This document shows positions 10,911 through 22,838 of a stretch of DNA of 64,000 bases, one piece after another. The notes beneath the pieces are model-generated. The model saw only the letters and a program-made list of their open reading frames with translations. It had not been told where the DNA came from and did no database searches. Position 1 is the stretch's first letter. Each line of letters opens with the position of its first letter. The position numbers and the translations under genes were made by a program. The DNA comes from Dimorphilus gyrociliatus (taxonomy: Eukaryota; Animalia; Annelida). The stretch is from NCBI GenBank assembly GCA_904063045.1, contig CAJFCJ010000037.1, positions 62,001 through 126,000 on the forward strand, read 5' to 3'.

Positions 10911-13359
10911 GTTGAAATGGTCGAAGGCTTATTCAAATGTGATTGTATTTCTTGCATGGGTTTTTGAATAAGTACATGGATAAGTGGTTTATAGTATCAT
11001 AGTATAAGCATCAAATATAACCAAAGTTGTACAGCATATTAAAAATTTCTGAAAAACTGCAACTTTCATTAAAACAATTTGAAAAATCAAAAATTTAGGT
11101 TATTGTTGTCTAAATAAAGCACAATGTAGAGATATTTACTGATGGGATGGTCACTGTTTTCTGCAGTATCCATTTTGGAAAGTTTAATAATCCTATTGAC
11201 TGCACAAAGTTTGTAATCTTCCCCCAGTGTTTGTGATGGAATAAGTACTGGTCTTTACTTTTCATATTTGTTTTGAATGCTTATATTTCTTGTGCAGCTA
11301 AAGTTGTCTAGAAATGGCTATTATTGAATTAAGATCAGATTGTTTAACAGGTAAAAATTATAGGTTGAGAGTGAAAACAGTCTTTTTCAGACTTTCTCAA
11401 TAAGCTAAATTTAGTTTAATGGTTGAAATTTAAGATGTCAATGACATATTAATAGCAAAAAGTTATTTGATCCTAATGTGTAAGTAATAACATGTTATGC
11501 TATTTTAAATATGACATTTGCTCAATTTTGCATTGGAATTATATAAATGAAGAGCTTTTATATGTCAATTTCAACATTTCCATGTATTCTTCAATGTTTT
11601 CTAACAATTATAGAATGTAAAATACATTTAGAACTATACGAAAACAATGCAGTTAATGTCATTGGAACAGTTTACAGAAATTCACCTAAAATCAACAAGA
11701 CTTTTCCTATAGTTCATACAGAATGTTTAAGATCATATATAAATAATATTTGTGACCATTCAGGATACGATGATCTTCACTATGTCCCTCTGTCTTGTAC
11801 AAAAAGTATAAGAATACAAAATATTTCACTAAAAAGATGTTTTATTTTTTTAATATTTAGAAAAATTCAACACTTCATATTACATACTTTTAAAGTCTTT
11901 TAAATGTTGCAAATTGTAAGATTTTTATTGTTTTTATATTGAAATTTTGTTTTACAAGTTTAAAAAAAATTTTCAATGTTTCTAGAGAATTTAAAGAAAA
12001 TAAAAATCATATTAACATGCCTTTTCTATGCCTGAAATGTTTTAAAAGAAATATATCTTGTAAGAGAATTTTTCTTCCACTTTCCTCATCTGACTTTTAA
12101 AAAAAATGACATATTACGAGTTCTTGGAAGAGGAACATTTGGAGTGGTTACAACTACTACTCTATTAAATGTGTTCTACATTTCCAGTTGAATTAAATTA
12201 ATATTTAAAGTGTTGGATATTTAAAGAAACCGACTATAATGATTGTTCTTTTCCCCAACCCCAAGACCAAACTCTGATAAGCAATAAAGCCAAAAGTAGA
12301 GAAATTCCTAACCCTAACTAATCCTTAGATCAGACCATCATAACAACAAATCATTTTATTTGTCTTGTTCTTCCTACTCAGAGTTTAATCTAAACTCAAA
12401 ACCTCAAAATATATCCTTTTGGGACTGGGAAGGAAATAGAAAATACAATTATTTTAAAATTGTCAACAAGTGTCTAATTCGAATTTTAGAACAAAATTCA
12501 GTAGAAAACAATTGTCTGTCATCTTTACTGAATTCACTTAACAATAAGCTTTTGTTTTCTCTTAACAAATTACAATGTCATTGAGAGAACAAGGTCATTT
12601 TAGGTTAGAGAACTCTCTACTGTTTTGATTTCATATTCATTGTCATAAATATCTGACCCAGTTAGGTAAAACAGCACTTTCTTGTCAACAACTTTGAATG
12701 GGATGCGTCAGAAAACGTCCCCAAAAGATATTTAAACTATTGGTTTGTAATGGGGTGGGTCCAAACTAAGGGTTAGGAACAATGATGTGCTTAAAACAGG
12801 GTAAAACTACAAAACTGTGGCCTTTTCAACATCCATTCACAATTATAAACACTTTTAAGCCAGGGTTACAGGGGGAAATTATGATTCATATCACTCAAAA
12901 GCTTTTAGAAGTATTGTCAAACACAACATTGAAAACTTGTGTGTTTTATGTTTGGATGAAAATCATGAGAAGTTGGAGCATGACTAATTATTTTTCAAAA
13001 CACAAATAGTCTATATCAAAATGGCTGTCACAAAGTGTTTAAAAAAATCAAAATAAATTTGAACGTGAAATTTGTCGAAGAATTTAGATTGTGTATTTTT
13101 CACTTTTCAAAGTGACACTAGATTAAAAAAATGTTCAACATTAGAATCATTTAACTGCGACTTTTCCTTAACAACAAAAAAGAAATATCCATTTACCAAC
13201 ACTTGACTAAATGATCCCATCTTTAAGCAAGTAATGAAGCAAGATGATGAAACAATAGTTAATATTAAAGACCATGAAACAGCTCAAACTTGATGATACA
13301 TTTTGCCATTACAATTGCAAATGTGGAATTGAGTATTGTCAAGCTGTTTATATTAAAGA

Positions 13360-14090
13360 ATTCGGTATCCAAGTTTCTAATAAAATAAATATTTAATTAT
13401 TTGCTTTATCATTTAATCTGCCTGAATGTTCTTCAAAACTGCTTGTTTGAAATGAGAAGAGCATACTTGAAGGTCAGAACATGGAAATTGGTCTTTTAGT
13501 GCCATCCATATAAATTTAATTTTTTCAAAGTCATCAACACATTTTGGGGTGTTTTATCATTAATTAATTTTCTTATCTCCTATTTTCAAATCTAAACAGA
13601 CAATTTAAGAGTGATTATAATACTGAAGGATCTCAAACCTGAAGCACAGCATTGTAGCAAATTTTTCTTTTTGCTACTCATGAGAGGCTAGATGTTGATA
13701 TTCATCATGTTTTTTCAAGAATCCAATTGAGTACATCTCCAGGTCATTGAACATGTAAAGTTTCTTTTGATAGAAATAGCACTTTCATCACATTCTTGAG
13801 GAATTTTGGTTTGTTGATAATTAACTATTTTCTTTAATTTAATAAATAATCTTCTTTTCCTGATATCATGGCAATCAGAACAATAATCTGCATCTAAATA
13901 TAAAAATGATGAAACATTCTACCTGGGAAATTTAGAGAGTTTACTTACTTTTTGAACATTTTGCATGATATAAATGTCTGCACAACTTGCATCTGAATTT
14001 TCTTTTTGTTCAATGAAATCTAAATCCACACTTCCAACAGCAGTGTTTCAAATTCATGCTGTGATTTTTATTAAAGCTTGTGTGATAAAA
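13360..14090 (-). mobile_element. Second, more deleted copy of the PHD-FLYWCH MULE element
   Basis: Collinear with 3740-4070 and 4480-4740. The PHD exon reads RCKLCRHLYHAKC followed by the same GTAAGT donor. Confidence 0.8.
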
Positions 14091-14199
14091 ACAAATAAAC
14101 TTACTGCATTTTGACAAAAATGTAAAAAAAATATTATAAAAACAATTCACAATTTAAATAACATTGAAAAAAATTAATTTTGAAAAATATTTCTATAGT

Positions 14200-14547
14200 T
14201 TGTTAATACTCTTTGGAAGATATTTTCCTGGAGTAGAAACCGTCTCTACTATCAATAATTATACCATTTCCTGTAGAATTTTCAACTGAAATATTTTCAA
14301 GATAAAATTCATGATGAGTAAATCTTTTTGAAAGAAAAAGGCTAGAATTTGATTCCATAACATTTATAATGTTCACATTTCTGCTTGGATTATAATTTAA
14401 TGAATCATTTCTATAATCAATGTCTTTAAAATACCTGATAGACTGAATAGCAATCTCTGAACTTTCAACATTTTCAATAGCTACATTTTTGTTTGAATTT
14501 TGAATAAATAATCCAACACCTAGTCTATAACCATGGCAACTGATACG
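14200..14547 (-). pseudogene. Frameshifted exon of a parallel beta-helix protein, paralogous to the 39451-39636 exon of the giant gene
   Basis: LRISCHGYRLGVGLFIQNSNKNVAIENVESSEIAIQ...ENISVENSTGNGIIID, compared with FRQCYGGLNNGILVRNSNKVSISNVDSEKAAIN at 39451-39636. Confidence 0.55.
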
Positions 14548-14973
14548 AAGATACTAAAACTTCTCTTTGTCTTTTTGATTGGCTGTTGAGTATTGAAATT
14601 TTATATTTACATAAAGAAAATGACAAAGAAAATGTTTAATGTAAACCAATGAATGAACAATTCTTCAAGTCCTTAACAGACAGTGTACATTTGACAAAAG
14701 TAACATTTTAAGAAAAAACCGATAATCTATCTACGGAATATTTTGCCAAAGTGTCTGAATAACCTAGATGGCTACAAATCAACTGTGTGTTAAAAAAGTA
14801 GGGTAATATCCTAACTGTTTTGTAGATATGTTCAAAATGACTGAGAGACAACAAGGAATGAATTTATGTACCTGCCACAAAACGAAAATAAAAAGACAGA
14901 TATTTATTGAGTACAGTGGTTATTCAAACCAGGGTTAGGTGTGGTAAAAGATCATTGTGAGTAAACGTAAACA

Positions 14974-14988
14974 CACTAGGTGGCGCCC
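14974..14988 (+). promoter_or_regulatory. CTCF-like motif
   Basis: CACTAGGTGGCGCCC closely matches the CCACYAGRKGGCRSY consensus and stands out in this AT-rich background. Confidence 0.5.
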
Positions 14989-15949
14989 TTGTACTGACGT
15001 CTTCTATTGATTTGTCTTTTGTTTCTTGAGAGAATGAATCTTCTCTTCAAGATGAGTTTTCTGTGATAATTCTCATCATAGTATGTATCTTACCACTAGG
15101 AACATTACACTCACCAAACCCACCTCCAGCTGCTTTTAGGAGAGGTACCTGATGGTTCTTTTGTGAGTTCAAGAGTGATGACAGTAGGTTTGGAGGTACA
15201 AGTGTATTCCATGGTATTCGACGTTATTGTCTCTACTAATGTTGTTGAGGTTGCTGGGGTTCTATTAGTTTTGTTCAACTCTATGGGATCTCCTACTGTT
15301 GTTAGGGCTCCTTGGGCTCTATGGGCTCTATTGCTTGTGGAATAAGGTCATTTTTACGTTATGTCTAACAGCATTAATTATTGAATTGTGCTTACCCAAA
15401 TAGTTGTTTGTTTAGATGAAAAATTACAGTTAGAAAGGTAAAGGTCATTTAATGACTTATCAGAAGACCTTAATCCATTACATATACTTTCAAAGCCACT
15501 ATCCATATTTTTTTCTTTTCAAGTACAACTTCTTTTAGTCTAGTATTTATTTTATAGACATCTGACATTATTTCAGCAGTTTTATCATCCAATATGGCGC
15601 TTTGTAAGAGAATTACTCTTAAATTATTGTAATGCCAAATTAAAATTTTCCAGTTCACCCAATGGTTTAAAAATAGAAATATATTTGACATTTGAATTCA
15701 TCTTTATTATTTTAACATTTTTTTCTGTCTTTTTCATATTATATTACAAAATTGTACAGTTTTAATTCTGTTAAATTTTTACACGAAATGGATAATATAA
15801 TTCTTATAACCAAGAAATGGGTGTGGTCACAAAAAAAAATGAATTAATAAATGGTTTTAAACTCAGAATGGTTGTGGTTTTAGTATTGAATTTGTGAATA
15901 CTGATTATTTTTTTTCTCTCCATTCTTCAATTGACAAACAAATGAGGAA

Positions 15950-17049
15950 ATGTCACTGAGAATGTGTAATATTCTTCATCAAAAACTGAAGAATAACATC
16001 ATGATGAATGTATTATCATCTGTCAATAGAATGATGACATCACCATTGGTGTGTAGTCAATTTTCAACTGTAACTAAAAAACAAATAAAAAATCTTCCTA
16101 TTTATGATGTAAGATTTATCACTGAAGAAAATATTGACAATTTCAATTTTTCAGAACAAGACAAACACTACTGTGTTTACAAATTTGAAAATTATAAGAA
16201 ATTGGAAATACCAAATTATGTTAATGAAATGAGTTTTATTAAATGTAATTTTACAAAGGATAAAGGTAAAGAACTGTGTAATAGTCTGGAAAATGGTAAA
16301 GGCCTATTATTGTGGAGCATAACCGCTCCAGTAAATAAGGGTGATGATTTGAATTACTTTTGGAAATATCTTTTGAAAAAGAAACAGAATATTTGTGGAT
16401 TTGAACTGAATAAATATAAAATGGATGAATCAGAAATGAAAACATTTTCGAAATTTATTGGAAACAACTCAACTAAACAAATGATAGTTTTGGGAAATGT
16501 AGATTTATCTAAAAATGGTTTTGAAAACTTTATGTTTAATGTAGAGAAATCAAAAAAATGTTTATCAATACTTGGTTTCTCTTTTACCAATTTGAATTGT
16601 GAAGAAGGATATTTGATTGGTGAATCATTGAAAAAAATGTCAAATTTTTACCTTTTGGATCTTACAGGAAATGACAATTTGGGAAAAAGTATGGAAAATA
16701 TTTTTTTGGGATTGAGAAAAGTAAAAGATAGTATTGTTGGATAAATTTAACATTATGTAATTTAAATGAAGACCAGTGTGAAATGCTTGGAGATTTATTA
16801 AAAGAATGTCCATATATTGATTCAGTGAATGTGTCTTATTGTAAAAATATGGGTAAAGGTTTTAAAACAATTTGCCAAGGTTTAAAATCTGCTATTAAAT
16901 TATCCTATTTCAATGTTAATTTCTGTGATCTAAATTCTCAACAATGCGAATGGTTATCCGATTTGGCACATTATCATAAAGGTATTGAATATTTGTGTTT
17001 TGAAGGAAATTTTAATATGGTGGAGAGAGATAGAAGATTGAGTCAGTGA
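15950..17049 (+). pseudogene. Intronless RI-like LRR protein with a presequence-like N-terminus; 1-nt frameshift at about 16741
   Basis: ORFs 15950-16744 and 16783-17049 join as ...KDSIVG/INLTLCNLNEDQCEMLGDLLKECP if one base is restored at GTTGG^ATAAAT. LxxLDLxGNxxLG repeats are present. Confidence 0.75.
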
Positions 17050-17664
17050 TCAAAAAAAGATTGTTTACAATGATAAATATTTAATACAGTTTTTTTTTTA
17101 AATCTATTTACAGTTGCTCCTATATCTGTTCCAATTTTTATACTACAACTACTGCAATTCCATAACTTGATTTCATTCTAAGTGCTTCCCAAATATTCAA
17201 TACTCCATTTATGAAAATTTACAAGAAACTAGATGCCAATACGTTTAACAGTAGTTGTGCACATTTCTCTCTTACAAGCTGCGAAACTAGGACACAGAGG
17301 TCGCTGCATGTTATATAGGACTACGAAACAGAAGTAGGCCTACATATTGATTGTACATTTCGTTTTCTTACGTGTATAGGACAGACAAAAAATAATACAA
17401 GCAAATTCTTAATAATGATAAAATGGAGATGTTTTCTGCAAAGTAGGCATATTAGGCCTATTAACATAATTGTCCTATTTTTGCAACTCTCTTCTGTTCT
17501 AATATACAGCAGAGTAGTAGTAGTAGTATAGTAGCTGACACAGAGATTTTCTATAACAGTTGAAAGCGTGACACTCAGGTCAATATTTACTATATATACT
17601 ACTACGAAAAGCATTGAGTAGTTATACTCTCTCAACAGACAACTTGAACCAACTACAAACAACA

Positions 17665-18899
17665 ATGATTCGTGGAGCTTGGTTGCACATGACAAACAAA
17701 GAAGTTGCGAATGCAACTAATGATGAAACTTCGTAAGAATGATTTTTTTCTTTAAATTGTCTATATACAACTCAATAGTCAATAATTCTAGACTAACCGA
17801 ACATGCAATATGCCAATCGACTCGTTCGCTCGAAGGAAAAACTGTTATTGTTACTGGAGGTAATTCGGGTATTGGTAAAGAATGTTGTAGGGATTTCATC
17901 AGGAGGGGAGCAAGAGTTATTCTAGCCTGTAGAAGTTTGACCAGGGGTAATGATGCTAAATTGGATATTGAACAGGATACAGGAATCTTTGGAAATCTTA
18001 TAGTGATGATAGTCGATCTGTCGAGTTTAAAGAGTGTTAGACAATTTGCCAAAGAGTTTAAAGAAAGTATGAGTTTTATTTAATCATTTATTCTACCAGT
18101 TTATTTTTATTTTCTCTTTTTAAATAGAGGAAAAAAGATTGGATATACTTTTGAACAATGCTGGTTTAGTTCGAACGACTAATAGATTCTCAGAGGATGG
18201 TTTTGAAGCAACAATGGCTACTAATCATACTGGACATTTTCTGTTAACCTATCTTTTAATAGATATGCTTAAGAGTTGCGCTCCTAGTAGGGTGGTGAAC
18301 GTCACCTCCATAGGACACTATTCGTGTGACGATATGATGTTTGAAAATTTTCACAATAGAGGGTGCTGCGGATCAAGTCAATTTAAACTATATTCCAGAA
18401 GTAAGGCAGCAAATATCCTCTTCGCCCAAGAATTAACTAGAAGATTCTCCAGTAAATATTTCTTATAAAAGCTTGTAAAACATATTTCCTATGTACTAAC
18501 CCTTCTCTTATCTACAATTGAACAGAGGATGGTGTGACTGCCTATTCTGCTCATCCTGGATTTGTCCTAACAAACTTCAACACTCACTTTTCGGCATGTT
18601 CCGACTGTTTTTATGTATTAGCTGTAAAATGCTGTATGAGAAGGGATCAGGCCTATGTAAAATCAGCAGAACAAGGAGCACAAACACCTATACATTGTTG
18701 TGTAACTGAGGAAATTGAACACGAAGCCGGATCCTACTATCAGTATGTTTCCATTTCTATAATCAATAGGCCCGTAAATTTTTAATTCAATTCCTACAGC
18801 GAATGTAAAGTACGGCAACCATCAAAATTATGTAGAGATGAGAAGAATGCTTTACGTCTTTGGGATATCAGTAGTGAACTCGTTGGAGCCACCTGGTGA
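17665..18899 (+). CDS. Short-chain dehydrogenase/reductase, retinol dehydrogenase 11-14/WWOX-like; 5 exons, apparently intact
   Basis: Exons 17665-17732, 17792-18066, 18128-18451, 18526-18742 and 18800-18899 join in frame across GT-AG introns of 59, 61, 74 and 57 nt. Motifs TGGNSGIG, NNAG, NHTGHF, YSRSK and HPG are present. Confidence 0.92.
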
Positions 18900-19572
18900 T
18901 GGAACAAAGAAACACTCGCCATATATACTCTTTTGGTGTTTTTCTAATAAAGCTGTAAAAATAATCTATAAATTGACAAGTTTCTTTTAAAGTATTAAAA
19001 TAATTTAGTTCATTTAGTTTTAGGAAAAGTCATAAAAATGTATCATTATTATAAACTGGTATGTTATAGTTTTCGTAAGCGATTATTCATTGGAAATTAA
19101 GACTTCTTGTTATGATGTTTTGTTGATAGAATTTTGAAAATTTAAATCTTTCTACATGGAAAAAAATAATCCTGAAAAATGAAAATATATGTTTTGTCAA
19201 TAATCTGAATTATTTATAGCTATCAGGTTGATCATTTTGCAACTGTCCACCAAATAGAATTGAAATAGTGGACAACAGCAGCTTTCATGATGCATAGATT
19301 TAGTCCTATATTGTTATAGTCATCTTAGGAAAAGTTCAATAGCCTTTGTCACTTGAATGAAAAGCAGTACTGGTGTAATGGATGTGGTAGAAAACGGCCA
19401 TAAATCTATGATTTTATCCTAACTCTAACCTAGCACTTGTGTTTGTCTAGCCCGTTTCAAATGCCTCTAACTCTTAGTTGGGACCACCTACCCTCCCCCA
19501 ACAAAAACATACCAATAGCTAGCATATTCTTTCTAGCCAAGCTTGGTAATTTGGTACTGCTAAAAAACTATA

Positions 19573-19778
19573 GGATCGACAGAAAATGTCCACAAATGAT
19601 AAATTTCAAGACAAGATTTTCGATTGAGAAATGGTTAGGCAGAAGAAAACAGCAACTGATTTATACTTAGGAGGGTCTCCTGTGAGGGTTAGGGCTAATG
19701 AAAAAGGTAAGGTACAGCTAAGGGCTGAGTTATGGTTAAGGTAAAAGCACTGATTTGTGGATGTGTTTTGTCGCATCC
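19573..19778 (-). mobile_element. 206-bp MITE, inverted copy of 10152-10357
   Basis: TIRs GGATCGACAGAAAATGTCCACAAATG and ATTTGTGGATGTGTTTTGTCGCATCC, with internal GAGGGTTAGGG. Confidence 0.8.
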
Positions 19779-19944
19779 ACTGAATTTAGGTTTTTAATGG
19801 ATTTAGAAATAATTGATGAGAAGAAAAAATGTTGGTAAAAGGTTTGTAAATTTATAGAGCATTATCCTTAATGCTTTTATAGTATAAATAGAATCTCATT
19901 AACTCTTTATATTTACTGCATGTTCAACTACTGTTCAAAGATAA

Positions 19945-20853
19945 ATGGATTATTATGGCAAAAACTTGATACTATTTATTGCCTGTACCAATCAACTTGT
20001 TGGACTTTGTCTAAATTGTAATTTAATTTTTATTCGTTTAATCAATCATCAATTATGGAAATTACATAATATTGGTGTGACAGCTCTGACTTTTACTGAT
20101 ATTTTTTTTTCAATTTGCCTACTTTCTTTTCATCTTGTTAATAAAACAGAAATGAATTTTTATAGTTGTATCATTTTGAGTCAAACTATCTTCCTGTTTA
20201 TTGCCATATCATCATTTACATTAACATTGATATTATTTGAAAATTTTTTGGCTGTTATCATGCCATTAAATTTTCACAAAATATGGACATTACAGAGAGG
20301 ATTTATCCTTCTTTTTCTCATATGGTTTATTTGTCTTATCATTTCCTCAATTCCTGTTTTCATTTGGAATAAATATGAAATCATTAAGGAACAAAATACG
20401 ACTCTTTACTGTGATTCTACAAATGTTGTTTCTTTTTCATATCTATATTTTTGGACATTCAGTACTATAATACCAAATGCTATTGTCAGTTTGCTATTAT
20501 ATATTCCAATTCTCAGAGCAGTAAGGAAACACAGAAGAGCAATTTCTGATTTATCAAATGTTGATAGTTCAAGGTCAGAAGGAAGTAGTATTAAGGTCTT
20601 AACCAGTTTATTAATATATAATAACATCTTATTGGTTGTGCTACCCATAATTTCACTTGCAACTTATCACAAGAGTAAACAAATATTTTCTCTATCAGAT
20701 GCAGAATTTAATTTATTGAAGGATTTGTTTGCAGCAGTTGCTGTCTCTAATTCCATAATAAATCCCCTTGTTCATAGCTATACAAAATTATCAGTTAGGC
20801 TTCAAACAAAGAAATTTTATAGAAACCTTTTTAAAAGGATTACTTGTAAATAG
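19945..20853 (+). CDS. Intronless rhodopsin-like (class A) orphan GPCR, 302 aa
   Basis: Seven hydrophobic segments; TM2 LTFTD, TM3-end LFENFLAVIMPL (ENF in place of DRY), TM4 W and TM7 NSIINPLVH. Confidence 0.88.
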   Translation: MDYYGKNLILFIACTNQLVGLCLNCNLIFIRLINHQLWKLHNIGVTALTFTDIFFSICLLSFHLVNKTEMNFYSCIILSQTIFLFIAISSFTLTLILFENFLAVIMPLNFHKIWTLQRGFILLFLIWFICLIISSIPVFIWNKYEIIKEQNTTLYCDSTNVVSFSYLYFWTFSTIIPNAIVSLLLYIPILRAVRKHRRAISDLSNVDSSRSEGSSIKVLTSLLIYNNILLVVLPIISLATYHKSKQIFSLSDAEFNLLKDLFAAVAVSNSIINPLVHSYTKLSVRLQTKKFYRNLFKRITCK

Positions 20854-21059
20854 TCAGAAGATATATCAATAGAAATCTACTTGGGAGTTAACAAAGGCAT
20901 AAAGAACATGGAAAAAATGTATGTTAAAAAGTTGTTACATCTTTTTCAATACCATATACTGATGAGGCAGGCCTGTTTACTGTGGCACATGTTTGGCATG
21001 TGGCCCTAATCTTAGCATTATATTTTACATGTGCCATATAACAGTATTTCATATTTTAA

Positions 21060-21453
21060 TAGGCATATTGGTGAATCATTTGAAGAAATATTTAAAGGAT
21101 TAGAATCATCATCTGCTACTTTGCAAATGTTGAATGTTTGCGTCTGTCTTTTAAATGAAGATCAAGGCAAATCTTTGGGAAAATAGCTCAAAAAGTGTTT
21201 ATATATAAAATACATAAATTTTACATCGAATGAGTCTATGAGTAGATCATTTGAAGAAGTATTTCAAAGATTACAATTATTGTCACATTCTTTACAAAGC
21301 TTCAACATTATTAACTGTATTTTTTTGGGAAAATTACTTAAAAAGTCTTTACATATAGAAAACATTGATTTGTCGAGAACTAGACATATTGGTGAATTGG
21401 TTGAAGAAATATTTGAAGGACTAATTTTCTTTGGTCACCTCAAAAAGACTTAA
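21060..21453 (+). pseudogene. RI-like LRR remnant
   Basis: FEEIFKGLESSSATLQMLNVCVCLLNEDQGKSLGK...IENIDLSRTRHIGELVEEIFEGL, broken by stops. Confidence 0.7.
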
Positions 21454-22013
21454 TGTTCATGAATGTAACTTGAATAAAAAAACAAAAAAATACTCTGAGA
21501 AAATTAGATATAACTGTAAACTTTTAAAACAGTTGTTTTATTGAGGAATATGCATATGGAAAAATGTTTCAAGATATTGTACTTTATTATATTGTAATTG
21601 TAGAAATTTCTAACTCTTCAGACTGTAATACTCTTTAACAAAGTGTTTTATTTAAATGGTTTATTTCAAATAAAATACCTAATCTTGTAACTATATAAAA
21701 GTTGAATAGCAAAATAGATAGTTTCTAATAACAGGTTGCCATGTTAGCAACCTAGTATACAATGTTGAAGGAGTTTTAAGGCTTGTGTCAGTGGAAGTTA
21801 TTTCCAGTTGGTCTTTCCAGTTTTAGGTGAGATATTTGGAATGAAACAGTAAAGATTTATATTCATGAAGGTTTGTCTCTAATATTCAATTGCCACTTTA
21901 CATGAAATGTCAGTAAATAGTTGATTCTTTCATTTTTGTTTTGGATTTCTATTCTCAGCAAAGTTGACAGTTTAACATTGATTTACAGACCTTATGATAC
22001 ACACTACCTTAAG

Positions 22014-22051
<38 letters not shown>
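22014..22051. repeat. (TA)n microsatellite
   Basis: Direct (TA)n run with one interruption; a similar run lies at about 44240-44267. Confidence 0.9.
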
Positions 22052-22500
22052 CAGTATATCGTTAAGTTGGTAGTTATTCAAAAAATTAGTGATGAAAAGA
22101 AAATGTCCAGAATCTAGGCCAAGTTTACCAAGTCTGAATAATAACTTTTTTCTGCTGTGTACCTTGGAATAGTTTGATACAGTGATGATCCTCCTTCCTT
22201 ATGGTCCTCATTAATATCATAAGGAATCCATTTTGCACAGATTATTCTGTACTTTCTTCACAAATGTATCAATTTTTTGGCAATTGCTCTCTGAGAAATA
22301 GTCCAATCATCTCTTATGAGCCTGTTCATTACAGTTGTCTTTGAATGATCATGTCTTGACAAGTTTTCAAAATTTTGATTTCTCAGCACACAACACTTGT
22401 AAATATTAGCAGAATATCTCTGTTGAAAACCAATGCAGTCCGTGTTTTAGGATTACCCTTATAAAAATCTTTTACTGTCGGAAATCTATAAAATTCGTGT
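22052..22500 (-). mobile_element. Mariner transposase remnant
   Basis: The minus strand reads WTISQRAIAKKLIHL*RKYRIICAKWIPYDINEDHK, an HTH segment plus the mariner WVPHEL-type motif. TA|CAGT occurs at the (TA)n boundary. Confidence 0.65.
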
Positions 22501-22838
22501 TAATACCTTAAACTTTCACACATTTTACAAAATATTAAATATTCTACAAAGAGAAATCTACATTTCAAATATAAAGTGAATGTAATAATATTTAGGCGTA
22601 ATCCTAATTTCAAAATGGCGGCCATCAGTATATGATAACACAATTTTGATTAAAATTTGACATTTGCTCAGATTCACTGAAAGAAAGTGATTTAGGAATA
22701 TCTATTGTTAAACAAACAGAATGTTGTAGTGAGCCTTCAATAACAATGAATAGTTAAATATTTATAATAAACTGCAAAAATCCTTAAATGCTTTGAACAA
22801 TCTGGATTACGATAGTTGTTTTTTAAATTCTGAGCAAA

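Noticed and set aside
11547-11903. 118-aa ORF as a gene
   Set aside because: No recognisable motif, signal or supported splice context; compatible with chance in AT-rich DNA.
14981-14988. TGGCGCCC as a tRNA-Lys primer-binding site
   Set aside because: The match stops after 8 nt and no LTR end or gag follows; the CTCF-like reading fits better.
15000-15350. Relatively GC-rich Thr/Pro-rich minus-strand frame
   Set aside because: No start, splice sites or homologous motif; possibly retroelement debris, but unsupported.
17321-17716. 131-aa minus-strand ORF head-to-head with the SDR
   Set aside because: It overlaps SDR exon 1 and its promoter region and shows no domain pattern.
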